Positions 37,755 through 52,348 of a stretch of DNA of 64,000 bases are shown piece after piece. The stretch is from the NCBI RefSeq assembly GCF_001194135.2, contig NC_068983.1, forward strand, positions 108,515,808-108,579,807. The letters are read 5' to 3'. The notes beneath the pieces were generated by a model, which ran no database searches, was not told the origin of the DNA, and worked only from the letters and a program-made list of their open reading frames with translations. Made by a program: the position numbers and the translations under genes. This DNA is from Octopus bimaculoides. Lineage: Eukaryota. Within the stretch, counting starts at the first letter, position 1. Each line of letters opens with the position of its first letter.

Positions 37755-38765
37755 TGGTAGAATAAGAATAGCCTGAGCAAAGTTCAGAGAGCTCTTACCT
37801 CTGCTGACGACAAAGGGCCTCTCACTCAGAGTAAAAGGCAGGCTGTATGATGCATGTGTACGAATAGCCATGCTACATGGCAGTGAAGCATGGGCCGTGA
37901 CTGCTGAGGACATGCGTAAGCTCACAAGGAATGAAGCCAGTATGCTACAATGGATGTGTAATGTCAGTGTGCATACCCGACAGAGTGTAAGTATCTTGAG
38001 AAAAAAGTTGAACATAAGAAGCATCAGTTGTGGTGTGCAAGAGAGACGATTGCGCCGGTATGGACATGTGGCGAGAATGGATGAGGATAGCTGCGTGAAA
38101 AAGTGCTACACTCTAGCAGTTGAGGGAGCTCGTGAAAGAGGCAGGCCTAGGAAGACCTGGGATGAGGTGGTGAAGCACGACCTCTGAACATTAGGCCTCA
38201 CCGAGGCAATGACTTGTGACCGTGACCTTTGGAAATATGTTGTGCGTGAGAGGACCTGGCAAGCCAAGTGAGACCGAAATCCAAGACCTCTGTCAGGGAT
38301 GTAGCCAGCCCACTTATGTATAACATTCCTTCATTGGACACTAAACTCCGCTTGCGAAGACCTGTTGAGGCAAGTGAAATCGAAATCAAACTAAATTTGT
38401 AGGAACACTAAACTCGGCTTGCGAAGACCTGTTGGGGCAAGCGAAATCGTGATGGCACCTGTACCAGTGGAGCACTAAGAGCGTCGTCCAAGTGCGATCG
38501 TTGCCAGAGCAGCTGTCTGGCTTCCATGCTGGTGGCACGTAAATAGCACCAGCGTGATCGTTACCAACGTCGCCTTCCTGGCACTTGTGCCGGTGGCATG
38601 TGAAAAGACATTCGAGTGAGATCGTTGCCAGTGTTGATGGACTGGCCCCTATGCAGGTGACACATAAAATACACAATTTCAAGCATGGTCATCGCCAGTA
38701 CCGCCTGACTGGCCCTCGTCCAACCTATGCTAGCATGGAAAGCGGACGTTAAACAACGACGACGT
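37755..38765 (+). mobile_element. 5'-truncated RTE LINE: ORF2 C-terminus plus 3' UTR
   Basis: KFRELLPLLTTKGLSLRVKGRLYDACVRIAMLHGSEAW..RRLRRYGHVARM..RGRPRKTWDEVV; UTR has an internal duplication (38335-38450) and the GCATGGAAAGCGGACGTTAAAC tail. Confidence 0.96.
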
Positions 38766-41700
38766 AGCTGAGGATATATAATACAAAATTTTGAAATTAA
38801 GAAGACTGATTGTCAGTATTGGCAATAATCAGTCCATAACAGAGTTCATAGAAGAGTTCAGTATGTTCAGATATGATGATGAAGAATGAATGTTACATTT
38901 GTTGTATGCAAGTAACCAAAGTGACAACAACACTTTCTGTTTACTTTATTTCCAGACAAAAGATTAGATTTTTCACTCCTCACAATAATTGAACTTATTG
39001 ATCTGCTTTATATATTCACCTAAATATAATACAAAAAATAATACTGCATATCTCTTCTGTGGTCACTTCACCAAAAAACCCCAAAGACTAACCAATATAA
39101 TTACCCTTTTCCCTGAGTTCATGCTATGACAATGACCAATATTAACAGTATAAAAGTTCATGAAAAGTCCTTCAGAATGAGTGCTGATAAACATATAAAA
39201 TAGGAACCTAAAAGAATACTATTGAGAGAACATTATTGAAATTCCTTTTCTTCAGGTGACAATGAATATTTAAACCAAGATGTTTGAAATTAACAACAAA
39301 TTTCAAAAATACCACATTAATATCTATCATATTTGACATATACTTCATAAATTCTAATGTCTTAGATTTTGTCACACAAATATAAATTTTGTTTTACAAC
39401 AATATTATTCTATTGCTATAGAATCATGTAAAATTAAAAATAACAGCAAATTCAATGTTTTGTTTGAAGTATTTAATTATTTCTATTTAATGCAATAAAC
39501 AGAGTCAACTGTCTGACCTTTATTAATCAGATATCAATAAACTAGAAAGCAACTATATTGATTACAGGATCTTATGGTATCTTACATCTGCACAAGGTCA
39601 CAAATTTATTGAAATGGGGTATAATTAAACGAATCTAGCTCAGTGCATAATTTTATCAGTTCCACTGATAAGAAAAAATCCACCATTGTTGGGTTTTAAT
39701 ACAGAAAGCAAAGGTACGTAGATAAATACTGTGAGTTATTTAAACTAATGCTCTAGTTGATTTCTTACATTAACACAAAACAACATGTTTTATTAGGGTG
39801 AAGTATAGGTATGGAATCAACATTAATCTTTGCTTAGCTTTATCAATCCTGGTAGATGGAAGATAAAATCACCTTTGGTAGAATTAAAATTCCAAATGTA
39901 TTTAGTCTAGTATATTACTGTTTCTACTGCTCTACTATTTAATGGCTTTAGCAGATTTTGAACAGGTAATATATTTAAACCCACTGTGATCAAGAGAAAA
40001 AAAAATGTCATTATTTATGACTTCCTATACACAAATTATACTTTGAATAAAGTATTTATGATGGGAACAAACTATATTCCTAGTAATTAAGGTTAATTTG
40101 GAACATATGAAAAACAGGAACATTATTTTTTATTGTTGGAAATATCAAGGAAAGCAGTGCTGAACTTACTTTCTAAATGATTATCATTAATCCAAAATAT
40201 CATCAATTTGATTAAACCTATAAATTACTGGATGTAAAGATAGATAAATTCAATTGACAAGAACAGTATTTCCTTGTCCTATCATAAATATGTGACAAGC
40301 TGGCTTTCTCAAGAAAAACAGTTTTTATTGCTTTGTCAATGAATCCATCAAAATAATAGTGCAATGTAGATAATAAAGTATTATCTTTGTTAACATTAAT
40401 AATGATAAGACTCATGATTTATTTTATTGTTAATTTTTAGCAAGGAAAGTTATACATATTATAATGTGTATAATAAAAAATAATCTAATAATAAATCTGA
40501 ATTGCATTTTTTCCTTTCGTTCTTTTCACATATTGTATATGCACAATCATCATTTTGTTTTCAGTCAGAATGTGTGTTATCTTTTCTTTTATATTGAGAA
40601 AAATACATTAACATACTTCTTTGCTGTATCATTGAAATAAGAGAAAAATCATGCAAAGTAAATCAATTATAATCAATAATTATACCTTATGCCTCAGTCA
40701 GTTTGATGCCATTTATATAAATTAACCTTTGACTTTGCTGACAATTCTTGATAAAAAAATCCTACATAATTTGTTTTTAGAAGGAACCATTTTAAATAGG
40801 AAAGGATAGTTTTTATCCATAATATTCTAAATCTTTGATGATTATAATACCAGGTGGAATAGATATTGCACAAGATTAAAGAGACAACTGTATTTTTTTC
40901 AAAGCTATAAGGGTTTTGAATAATGGAGATTAGACTTTATTATTTGGTTTTGTTCCTTTCATTAAAGAAAAAAAATGCCTTTCTTTGTTAAATTTTTTAT
41001 TTCACTTAATAGATATCATGGTGCAGTGACAAATTCTCACTAAACTAAGTCTTCTACTTGATTTTTGTTCCTAGTTAAAACTATTCTACTTGCATTAATA
41101 ATGTCTTTGGCAAAGTCATAAACATCATAACTTCCCATCTGTGTCTCCTATAAATCTAAAAGTTTATGCCAGTGTAAGAAAATATGCAATGAATTCAATA
41201 TAATCAATAATTCAATGTTCAAATAAGTTTTCTATCTTTTCTGTAGTTTTATATACCTACTTCCATTTTTGCATTGATAGGATGATCTGCAAATTTGAAC
41301 ATTTGCATATTACTGGAGCAAGTGATTTTTGAAAAGAAAGTGCTTCAGTCTATGGAACATTCAACAGTTAAATAAGAGTATTCTCTTTTGTCTGGAAAGC
41401 AAACTGAGACAACTAATATGTGCAATAATATTATGTGCCCTTTAACAAAGCAATTTTTTTTGTAAAATTTGGAAACTTGGCCATATTGTCAGCGGTCAAT
41501 GACTTTAAGCTGAATATTACAACTATATTTCAGGGAGTCAAAAAGATAATTCAGTCATTCTATAGTACATTTATCCTATTTCCTCAAGTTATTCAAAATA
41601 ATTCTAAGATTATCTGCCTAAGAAGCTAGTATCATATTTTAGCTAATAATATTTAACTCTTATGAACAAAAAAAAAAAAAGATTGTAATGAAGAACATTG

Positions 41701-44700
41701 GTTAAGATAGAAATAATCTTTTTATTAATTTAATAAGTTTAGCAACACATTATTGATCATTTGATTTGATAAAAGAAAAAAAAAACATAAAAGAAACAAA
41801 CAAAACTGTCCTTATATTTCCAGTAACATGCTGTTGGGATAAACATTTAGTTGCTTTCATCTAATTTGTAACTAGTAAAATGTTTCTGTCTTAGGCAGAC
41901 ATTAAGTTATTAAAATTTTGACTACTTATTACTTATATATTTTTTGTAAAACATCTTTTGTTTCCATTCAAAATACCAAATAACCTTGACAACACATTTT
42001 CTTGATTAAAAGCTAATACCTCTGTCTCTTAATTTACAATTAAATCAACTCAAGATGAATTCAACAGACCTCCTCAGGGTATTTCTAAACCTAAAGTTGT
42101 CATTCCTATCATTACATTTTCCACTTGCATAATTTCTAAGATTATGTTTTCAATGAACATTAAGAAAGTCAATATGCTGGAATAATTCTCAGTTCTTCTG
42201 CTTCTAAATTTATTCTGTTACTTCTAAGTTTTTCCATCTTTTATGATACTTGGATAGTTATTCAAATAACAGTTTCCCCTAAATTCAGATATCTCTATGG
42301 CAACAATTCCATTATGTTAACATAACTATAAATGTAATTGAATAGTGACTTATTTCAATGAAACTACTGGAGTACATTTGCTTCTACCATGCAATTTACT
42401 TTTATTTAGTGATATATTGCTGGAACACTAGTAATTCAACTTAAGCAATATTAAATAAATTTTCATTTGAGATGCAGTACAAAAGTAGAAGTAAATGCAG
42501 AATTCACACTATATTTATGTATACATATAGGCTTTCAATGTTATTAAAATTATATTAATGACATTTAGTAAAAGATATATAAATTGAATATTTATAAAAT
42601 ATTCAAGAAGATACTTACAAAAATCAAATTAGGAATAAAAGTAGAGCAAATAAAGTATTAGATGTAATTTTAATGGAACAGCTTGTTCATCAGTTTAAAT
42701 TAATATGAAAAATACTTAAAATATGTTTGGATGCAATCTATGACTAAGATAAATAAATAGCCTAGTAAATATGAAAAAATACTTAAACTGTTTGTCTCTA
42801 ACTGTGGATATGTTTTTGCAAGTGCTGAGAGAAGCTGTCAGAAATATTAAGAGGGTAAATTATACATTTAGTTGAATTAAACAGAAACAGCCTAGCTGAA
42901 TACTCTAATTTTCACTTTTCTGAATCATAATATTCTCTGCAATCTTTTAGCAAGAAATTTTAAAAGGCTTCAAAATTTCCATTTGAGATGTTGTACGTGC
43001 TTGACACCTAAAAGAAATTTTTCATGATATGCTAACTAGCTTTAACTTCCTGTAATTAAAACCATTAAGAAACTTTGCCATAAACAGCTCCTTAATAATT
43101 ACTAATGCAGACTCTGTAATATTAGTTGAGATTCTCTCATATACAAATGATGTCAAATTTATAAAGCATTGATAGAGATGGGCATACATAAAATCATCAA
43201 GCCATTTTTATATGAAAATGACTAAACTATAAGTAAGAAACAAGTGATGGTCTTTATCAGCAAAAATCAGTTAATAATATTTGAAAGGCTCTGCTTGAAA
43301 CATTAGAAGTCAGTGATCATCCTACCACTTATTTTATGAAGCTTAAAATCTTTCTATAATTTAAAATGAAAACTAATCCCTTGAACTTTCAGGTTTCTCA
43401 CAAGCACATACTATACCTTGAATCAACACAACCGTTTAATTCTTTCAACCTTTCAACTCTGTAACCTATAACAATCTCTTATGTTCCTGCAATACATTAA
43501 TGTATTTTTAAAACTTCAAATTAACCAAACATGACTTAGTCAACCATGTCCAACTCTCTGATTTGAGATGTCTAGTCAAGGAGGCCAATTTTGCTTTGTT
43601 GTATACAAGGATTGATATGAATATACGTTCTGTGTAATAGTTGGTAAAATTCTCGTCTGAGAAATAATAAAAGATATAAAATCCTCTTAAAATCAAATTT
43701 TGAAAATTTTCTTTAAAGATCAGTGTTGATGAATTTTATGACTTGAAACTTTTTACTTTTTTCTCATGGATGAAAGCTATTTAACCATGTATTTAATATG
43801 AGTGTCAAAAAGTCCAATGTATTTAAAAGGAATAATGCTTGTATCTAAAGTAGTAAAATAATAAAATCATGATGATAACATTAAAGTTTATTTCATAACG
43901 CTATTCTTGTCTTTGAGAAAGTATATGTGAAGTTTTTGTCTCCAAAGATTTAAAGAAGATTTACTTGAATGATACTTTGATGCAAATTTTATCGTTGAAT
44001 AAATTCAAATTGATAACGTGTGAAATTTATCACTATTTCATAAAAACATAATTTTGTCAAAAGCATGAATTTTCTTATAAGAAGCAAAAATACATAATAG
44101 TAAGTTTACTTATTATTCTTTTTCCTATGAGAAGAAAAAAGCACTTTGCGTGCAAATGTAATTCTAAAATGGATATTAATGATTTCTAGATAAGAAATCT
44201 ATTTAACAAACCAAATAACTAAAAGAGAATTTGGAAAAATTAAGTATATATTAAAACTATCTTTCAAATACAGTGAGTTTCATTTTGACATCTATAAACT
44301 TTCATACATTATGGGGGATCACAACAAAAGTTTTTCTATCATTGCGTGAGGTTTGCATGTAAGCTAAAATCAAATTATTTACAATAATTTACTACATGAA
44401 ATAAACAATTTTTTTCAGATGTGAGTATTAACATTTTTATAGAATAATGATTGTGAAAATGATATAAAAATGTAACAAATTATAACAAATAGCAAAAATC
44501 GGCCATGAACATTTTTAAAAATCAAAATTATAGTCATATATGCATGCAAATATGGATGTAACATAATGTATGTAAGCCACACTTCAATATTTTCTCAATC
44601 AAATAATGTATAAATGTTTGTTTGAAGTATTTACATATATTTATAACCAAAAAAGATATTCCTTCCCATTTTTAAATATTTAGATATCAATACAAACATA

Positions 44701-45600
44701 TATATATATATATATACATATATGTGTACAGATATATGTACATATGTACACATACATACACACATATACATATATAAACACATGCAAATACACACGGAAG
44801 CACACTGTGTGTTTCTGGGGGGGGGGCACGTGTGTATGTCTGTGTATAGTAACTTAAATGCTGGCACAAAAACACATACAGAATGTATCAATATATTTTG
44901 CCCAAATTCAGACACCAACATATATGATTTCTCTTTTAGACATTACTGATACATATTAATTATCATTATATGAAATGCAAATTTGGCTCCAGTAGGATAT
45001 GAAAACTAAAATATTAGGCACAACATTTAACAAAGTAAATTAACTACTTCAACTCAACACTGCTTGAATACACTATTACTGCACTATACTATACGTACCC
45101 AACTTACAAGGGCACAAATGTGTAAACAATGTCTGCATACCTAAAACAAAACTACTCCTAAAATGTATGCATAGTGAGAGCATGGATACAGTTTCATTCT
45201 CTCATTATGACATAATTCTGAGTTAACATATTAATTCTGCCTGCTCCATTTTGCCTTACTGAACAATAAGTAGGCTCCATCTCTTCTTTATTGTAGAGTA
45301 ATTGAGTGATTAGTAGTAGAAAGGGCTACCAGCTGTAAAAACATTTGCTATATCAAATAAACCAACCAACTCATGCAAGCAAGAAAAACTGATTGCAAAG
45401 CACACCATATACATGTGTATGTATGTGTGCATTAGTGAGTGTCTATGTGTGTGTGTGCATTTATATATATGTGTGTATATCTCTCTCTCACACATACTCT
45501 CTCTCTCTCTCTCTCTGTACATATATATATNNNNNNNNNNNNNNNNNNNNNNNNNNNNNNNNNNNNNNNNNNNNNNNNNNNNNNNNNNNNNNNNNNNNNN

Positions 45601-45635
<35 letters not shown>

Positions 45636-45696
45636 GCATATGTATGTATATACATATGCCTATGTATCTGTATATATGTAAAATATATATTATCAT

Positions 45697-45915
45697 CATC
45701 ATAATCATCTTTTAATATGCATCTTCCATGCTGGCACAGTTCAATGACTTGATAGGATCCAATAGATCAGAGAATGGCAACTAGTTCCAGTATCCACTTC
45801 AACAAGATTTTGTATGGCTGGATACCCAGCCTAATGCCAACCAGTCTCCAGAGTGTACAGGTTGTTTTTTCATGGTACCACCACTAGTGTGATTGTAATG
45901 TAGTTGACAAGACTA
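45697..45915 (-). mobile_element. (GAT)n-tailed retroposon, decayed
   Basis: atcatc..tttaatatgcatcttccatgctggc..ggctggatacccagcctaatgccaacc. Confidence 0.6.
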
Positions 45916-46451
45916 CAATCTCCTCTGGTTCTCTATAGCAGAGTGGGGTGTTGTTTAACAATTTTTGTTATTTAATTAATTTCATCAAAGATATGTGTTT
46001 AAAAGATGAAAGACTAATCATTATTGTATATAAGTATATGAAATGTGCCTTGGTTTTGTTTGAGATATCGGTTGGCAAGAAAAGAATTATATATAGTTTT
46101 CTGCAAGACATAATCACATTTATTTTCCTACTAATACGTGGCTTGACTTTCTTGGCAATGATCCACTCTGTAGTAGCATTTTAATTTTCCATGTATATTG
46201 GAATAATAATATCACATTGATTTTATTCTGGATCGGAAGGAATGGATATGTTGTGTATATTAGATTTTGAAGGTGTTTCCTGTTAATGCAATATATGCTA
46301 TTTCAGTACTATTTAGAAACATTCTGAGCAATCTCATGAATGAAAACATGCATATCAAAATTCCAGCATGTAAGACTGATATTAAAAAAATAAAAGATGA
46401 TACGGAAAAGCACATATAGAGTTTTATATGCATTCAAAACTTGATATACAA

Positions 46452-46542
46452 AGCAGTGTGGTAAGAAGTTTGCTTCCCAACCACACGATTCCATGTTCAG
46501 TTCCACTGCATGGCATTTTGGGTGTCTTCTACTATAACTCGA
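46452..46542 (+). mobile_element. SINE family B head, truncated by the fold-back element
   Basis: gtgtggtaagaagtttgcttcccaaccac..gttcagttccactgc..gtgtcttctactata. Confidence 0.85.
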
Positions 46543-46712
46543 GGTTGCCATAATAAAACTCCGAGTTTCGGATGTTGGGGCAGAAATCTGCTCCAGTTTC
46601 TCATCAATTATCAAGGCAATCAAAAATTTTTTTTGATTGCCTTGATAACTGATGAGATGCTGGAACAGATTTCCACCCCGACATCCGAAACTTGGAGTTT
46701 ATTATGGCAACC
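46543..46712. mobile_element. 170-bp near-perfect palindrome made of two inverted hammerhead-bearing arms
   Basis: Arms ~84 bp with few mismatches, meeting at an A/T centre; plus arm has CTGATGA 46649-46655 and GAAAC 46687-46691. Confidence 0.85.
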
Positions 46713-46831
46713 GAATAATTGTCACATATATTACAGATAAATTCCTCTATTTACATAATATCGAGGTCTCATTCATTCTTTTGTTGCCAAACCATTACTA
46801 TTAATAAAAAAATATATATATACATACACAC

Positions 46832-46880
<49 letters not shown>

Positions 46881-48245
46881 CACACATATACATATATATA
46901 TATACATAAAGGCTAAAAATAAACTTATCATTGAAAAGAACTAACCAGCTGTGAACCCAATTTTCTTCTTTTCTCTTTCCCATCGACACACACACGCACA
47001 CACACAGACACACACACCAACACAAAAAAACACACACTCACACACATACACACTCTCTCTCTCTCACTTTTCCTCACCCTCTCTTACTATCCTATATATC
47101 TCTCTCTCCACCCCTACACACTCAATAAAACTATATAAAGAGACCCGCTAGAATGTTTTCTCAAAACAATTTGAAAAACCAACACGACTAGGTGAAAAGC
47201 GCTTCATTTAATATGTGACATTAATAAAAATCTGTAAATGTACAAACAACCAGGTTTCTGAGTACCTTAATTAAAAAATTTTTTTCTATATAATTTCTGT
47301 ACATCACCTCCAAACCTTCAAATATATATACATATATATACACACACACACATATATATATACATATAGATATATATACATATATATATATATATAGATA
47401 GATAGAGGCATACATACATACATACACACACATGTATATAAATCACAAGTTCATACCCACACCCACATATATGAGTGGCTATTTGTAAAGATACAAAGAT
47501 ATGAACAATTTTAGAAATGTCTCTTATCATGTATGCATAGAAAATATATTTCTGTAAATTTAAATAAAGTGAAATATAAAAATGCAAAGCTTTGTGAAAA
47601 AAAAATTTATTCCATATTTTGTTGAAAACTTTGTAATAGATAGTTAGAAATTTTTTCAGTTCAAGATCTGGTCTTGTTAAAGTCGGAATATTCAATAAAT
47701 TGTTCTCCAGCTTTGCTTCATTAAGTGCAATTATGATCTTGTTGTTTATATGCTGAAACTACAACAATTTAAGTACACTACAAAAACTTACTTTCTTTAA
47801 AGTATTGTTTATATGGTAAACAATGAAACAGGTCATAGTATCAAAATAATATAGAAGATAGCAGGAATTAAAGTAAATTTGAGTTCAATTAAATCAATGA
47901 TTTTTTTCTTAATTTGCTGAGAGTCACAAGGCTACATTCTTTTCATTAGTATTCTCTTTCATAAATAATATCAAACCTTATTGAATCTTTTGTTAATGGT
48001 GATGCCCTTCATGGCTACAGTCCACTGGCTGTAACCAATAATGCCATTAGTTTATATATATATATATAAATTTGTTTTTCAATGTTCATTGTCCATATGA
48101 AAAAAACTATGAGTTTATGAATTTCCTAAAAACTATAAAAATGTATTTGAAAATTGCTATTAATATCTGATAATCCTGTTAACTATATTTTTGTTCTCAT
48201 TCATTGATGTTACTTTGATAAGTCTCTTTAAATTATAAACAAATC

Positions 48246-48340
48246 ATGACAATATATTTATATCTAATTGTATATAATTATGACAACATATTTATATTCA
48301 ATTATGTATAATTATGACAATATATATATTTATATTTGAT
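48246..48340. repeat. 34-bp tandem repeat, about 3 copies
   Basis: atgacaa(t/c)atatttatat units at 48246, 48280 and 48314. Confidence 0.8.
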
Positions 48341-48629
48341 ATTAATGTGAGTCAGAGAAGCTCTTTCAAATAACTGAAAGGGATTCTAATAGAGTAGTTG
48401 CAATTGCCTCCCTTCTGATCATCACTTTCCTCTGCTCATCTCTCATTAATATTTTATTAAACTCTATTCTTTTCTATAGTGGACTATTTTTTAGCACCTG
48501 AACCTTACTGAAACCCTTGTTAATGGGAGTCAACCGAATTAGTGAGAGCCATTGACTGGAACCAAAAAAGAGTAATAAGTATAAGCCTTTCATTTTGTAA
48601 TTGAGAAATTAATCTGTTATTTTCTAATC

Positions 48630-49150
48630 TTACAGTTTAAACCTTGTCTCGGCAGCCCCAAGCTAAATTGCCAACCAGTGGGCTACATCAGTTTCTCATG
48701 TCTAGGATTAGAAGCCTTCTGTTAGTTTCCACCATTGTAGAATGTGATGACTGAACTCTTTCTGACCTATGCCTCATCAATTCAGGTATAAGCCCAAAAT
48801 TTACTTAGGTTCTTCATTCTATCTTAACACAAGCATTATCTACAAGTACATAAAACTAGTTCGCAATAAACCTACAATTCTCCCATAAGCAGATCTTGAA
48901 AACATTCTCCAATGGTGTCTTAATGACTTTGTTTCCTTCACTAGCACAAAAATACTATTATTGCACAATTCAGTTAACTGATATGCTATCTCACCTACCA
49001 CTAAAAGCCTTAAAGCTGCTGCAATCCACACCCACATCATAGGTAAAACTAAGTCCCAAAGATTTACCTGTCTCTTTAGGTCCAGAAAATACTTCCTCTG
49101 TCAGTAGTTTCCAACTCTTTACAAAGTTCAGGTAGGACTCACCCACAACT
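48630..49150 (+). mobile_element. Decayed CR1/L2-group LINE RT fragment
   Basis: LINSGISP (cf. INAGVPQ), ADLENILQWCLNDFVSFTSTK, SQRFTCLFRSRKYF..TLYKVQV. Confidence 0.65.
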
Positions 49151-51683
49151 ACAATGCTATTATTTAATTTTTTTTTTTTTATTTGTTGAAAGTATTCATT
49201 TCAACTGTACAAACAGCCTGGCTGAAATAATTAATGCATTCTTCTAGAAGTGAATAAAAAATTATCAAACTTGAGGGGATGAGCCCCTTAGATACTAACA
49301 TGGGCCCCCATATATGGATTCTAATGGCACAGAGGCCCACTTGCCATCAGGCAAGCTTACAAGCTGGCAATCTGGCCAGTCTGCCACTGCGTATAACCAG
49401 ACTGGACTATATTAAAAAGAGTCCCAGAGTTGCTTACCACACATCCCAACTTCTAAACATGCTATCGCTCACACTGCCACTTCTACCACAACAACACTAA
49501 TTTCTGCCCCTCAAAGCTGGCTTGTCATGTGCTATTGAGGCCTGACTCACTGTGAGTATATGTCAAGTCAGTATACATGTTGCACTTTATGATAGTTCAG
49601 TTCCAGCAGCTAGTCTCACTGATATTTATTTTGGTATACATATGTTTTCCTATTTCATTTAATGCATATATTTATTTCTTACTTATACACCAGGCTACAA
49701 GTTTATAGGGTAGAAAAATAAGTTTATGTAACACTTATCCCATTATCCTTGGCACTAATGGTTATTAATATATGAAATAAACATGGTTTAACTGAAAACT
49801 GAAACTAATACAAATAACTTACTGTCCAGCAGCTCACATCTTGTTCTATGGTTCTTGCCATTTGATTTATATATTCAGACCATACCTTATTATTCCTCTA
49901 TGGTACAGTACATCTTTTTGATCATGCCATAATTTCAAACTACATTAGACATATCTTCCATTTTAACTAAATATTACAGCAAGTAATTGTTTTTGTGAGC
50001 TACATTTGTCATAAATTCCATTACACTATCATAAAATTATTCAGATGAAATACATAGCTTTCAGCTAGGTCTTTGTAAATTCCAGTAGATTATGATACAT
50101 CAGTTGTTAGTAAGGGTGAAGTGCTCAGCTATTTATACAGGATATATTTTTCATTTTAATACAATCTCTATATTAAATAGGCAAAATAATTTCAGCAGAA
50201 ACTAATTTTATAAATATAGTGTTCCTTTTTTTTTTCTTTCTTCCTATTTTCTTTTTTCATATTTTCTTTTATTGCTAAGCCACTGACCTTTTAAAATGTA
50301 TCTCTAGGACTCACAAAGCTTTGATAATTGATCTAACATTTTACTTACTTTTACTTTTCCTATTTTTTTCTTCCTTTCTTTTAACAAGTCACACAAAATT
50401 AAGTATTCCCTCTCTCCCACTTCCCTCCTCACTTCCTTCTCTGTGAGGTTTCATATAAACTATTTATTTATAATTTCTAGTCACTTTTCTGCATAATTAT
50501 TTTATTTTATTCATTAAGTTCATCATTCGAATAAACCTTTTTTCTCACCTCACCACACATTATTGTCTTTTACTTTAAATATAAAAATTGCTTTCTCACC
50601 TGTATTCTCATATAGCAGGCCTTGTCATAGGTAGTATATTTTCATTTCACTAAGATAAATTCCAACACAGTTCCTTCAATACAATTTTGTACAAAATATG
50701 CTGGCCACCTGGAATGGCATAGATATTTCCTCCTTATTACTTCACTCTTAAATATTTTCAACATTACCTGAGTTGTAGGGTTCATACCCACTGCAATTCA
50801 GATGATTAATTGACAAGAATTTAATCACTAATACACATTTGTTTACCAACCAAAGCTGAACTTTGGAGAGGAATTATTGAGAAGTACAAAAGAACATAAC
50901 TCAATTGAGTACAAATAGAACACCAACTCTATTAATTTTAGTAGATTGAAAAAAGTCTGTGAAAGATAAGGATGCAACCCATTTTTTTCAGACTAAATAA
51001 TTAAAAAGCAGATAGCAATGTCCAAGCATGACTACAGTCCAATGATTGCAACAAGTGAAAGATAAAAGTGATATAAAAGTTGGATATACAGGGGTCAAAA
51101 GAGATTTGTTTTTAAAAGTTTAAATACTTGTATTTATAGACTGTATTTTATTGCATAACATTTTTATCTTTAAATGTTATTCCTTATTTTTCATTAATTT
51201 CCTAAAAATCCAGTCAACAATAATGAGTTTATGTCTTAAGGTTGAATGATCATGCTGTTTCTTCATTCTTTGTTTTTATTTGTTCTTTTCTAATGTGTAT
51301 TTTTTTTTGTCTCTAGAATGCTAAAAATAGTATTTCAGTTTTAGTATATAATGTGGAAAATCAAGATATGAACTAACAAAGCTTTCTACTCTACTCATAT
51401 GAAGAGATGCACATGTCACTATTTGTAGAGTGATATTAAGTACCACACTGTTGTTGATAATCTATGTAACATTCAGCAAAGAACAATTGATAATGATGTG
51501 TTGAAACAATTGCAGTGATGTGTAATAAAACATGCTTAATATATCTTCTCTTATAAATAGTTTTGTATACATTTAATAGATTTCCACCTATATATCCAGT
51601 GAGAGAAGAAGTCCCACTGTATAATAGTATTTGGTAGTCAATACCCACAGACGAGCTTTGGAAAGCATACTATAAGTTTCTTT

Positions 51684-51734
51684 ATCCAGATTATATTGAC
51701 CTAATATAATATCCAGACTATATTGACTTAATAT
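51684..51734. repeat. 27-bp tandem duplication
   Basis: atccaga(t/c)tatattgac(c/t)taatat twice. Confidence 0.85.
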
Positions 51735-51938
51735 GTATATATATTTCGGACTATGATTATTTTATACTTTATCTATTTTTCATATTTATTCCATCACTTT
51801 TTTAAAAAATCATAAAAGTATTCATTTATTTATTCTCTCATTTGTATAACACTATTATTTACTGTAACTCATTATCTAACCTTTATTTACCAATTATTAC
51901 CCTACTACAACTTTTACTAATTTCTTTGAGAAAGGTGA

Positions 51939-52309
51939 TTAACTCTTTTGATACCAACCTGGCTGAAACTGCCTCTGGCTCTATAGTACAAATGTCTTAT
52001 TTTCAAAAGTTTTGAATTAGAATCTTCCACCAAACCTTAATCCCAATTTATGTTCCTGACACTAGCTTAATGATAACTAAGTTATTTTACTAATTTCTTT
52101 TATTCTTTTACTTGTTTCAGTCATTTGACTGCAGCCATGCTGGAGCACCACATCTAGTCAGACAAATTGACCCCAGGACTTATTCTTTGTAAGCCTAACA
52201 CATTCTATTGACCTCTTTTGCCGAACCGCTAAGTTATGGGAATGTAAACAAACCAGCATCGGTTGTCAAGTGATGTTGGGAGGACAAACACAAACATATA
52301 CACATACAT

Positions 52310-52348
<39 letters not shown>

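Noticed and set aside
47455-47752. ~100-codon open frame with acceptor and gtatga donor (minus strand)
   Set aside because: Second half is F/I/Y-rich AT background, several such ORFs are expected by chance, and there is no recognisable domain.
48636-48785. Apparent exon with strong splice sites
   Set aside because: Stops in all frames and overlaps the CR1-like RT relic.
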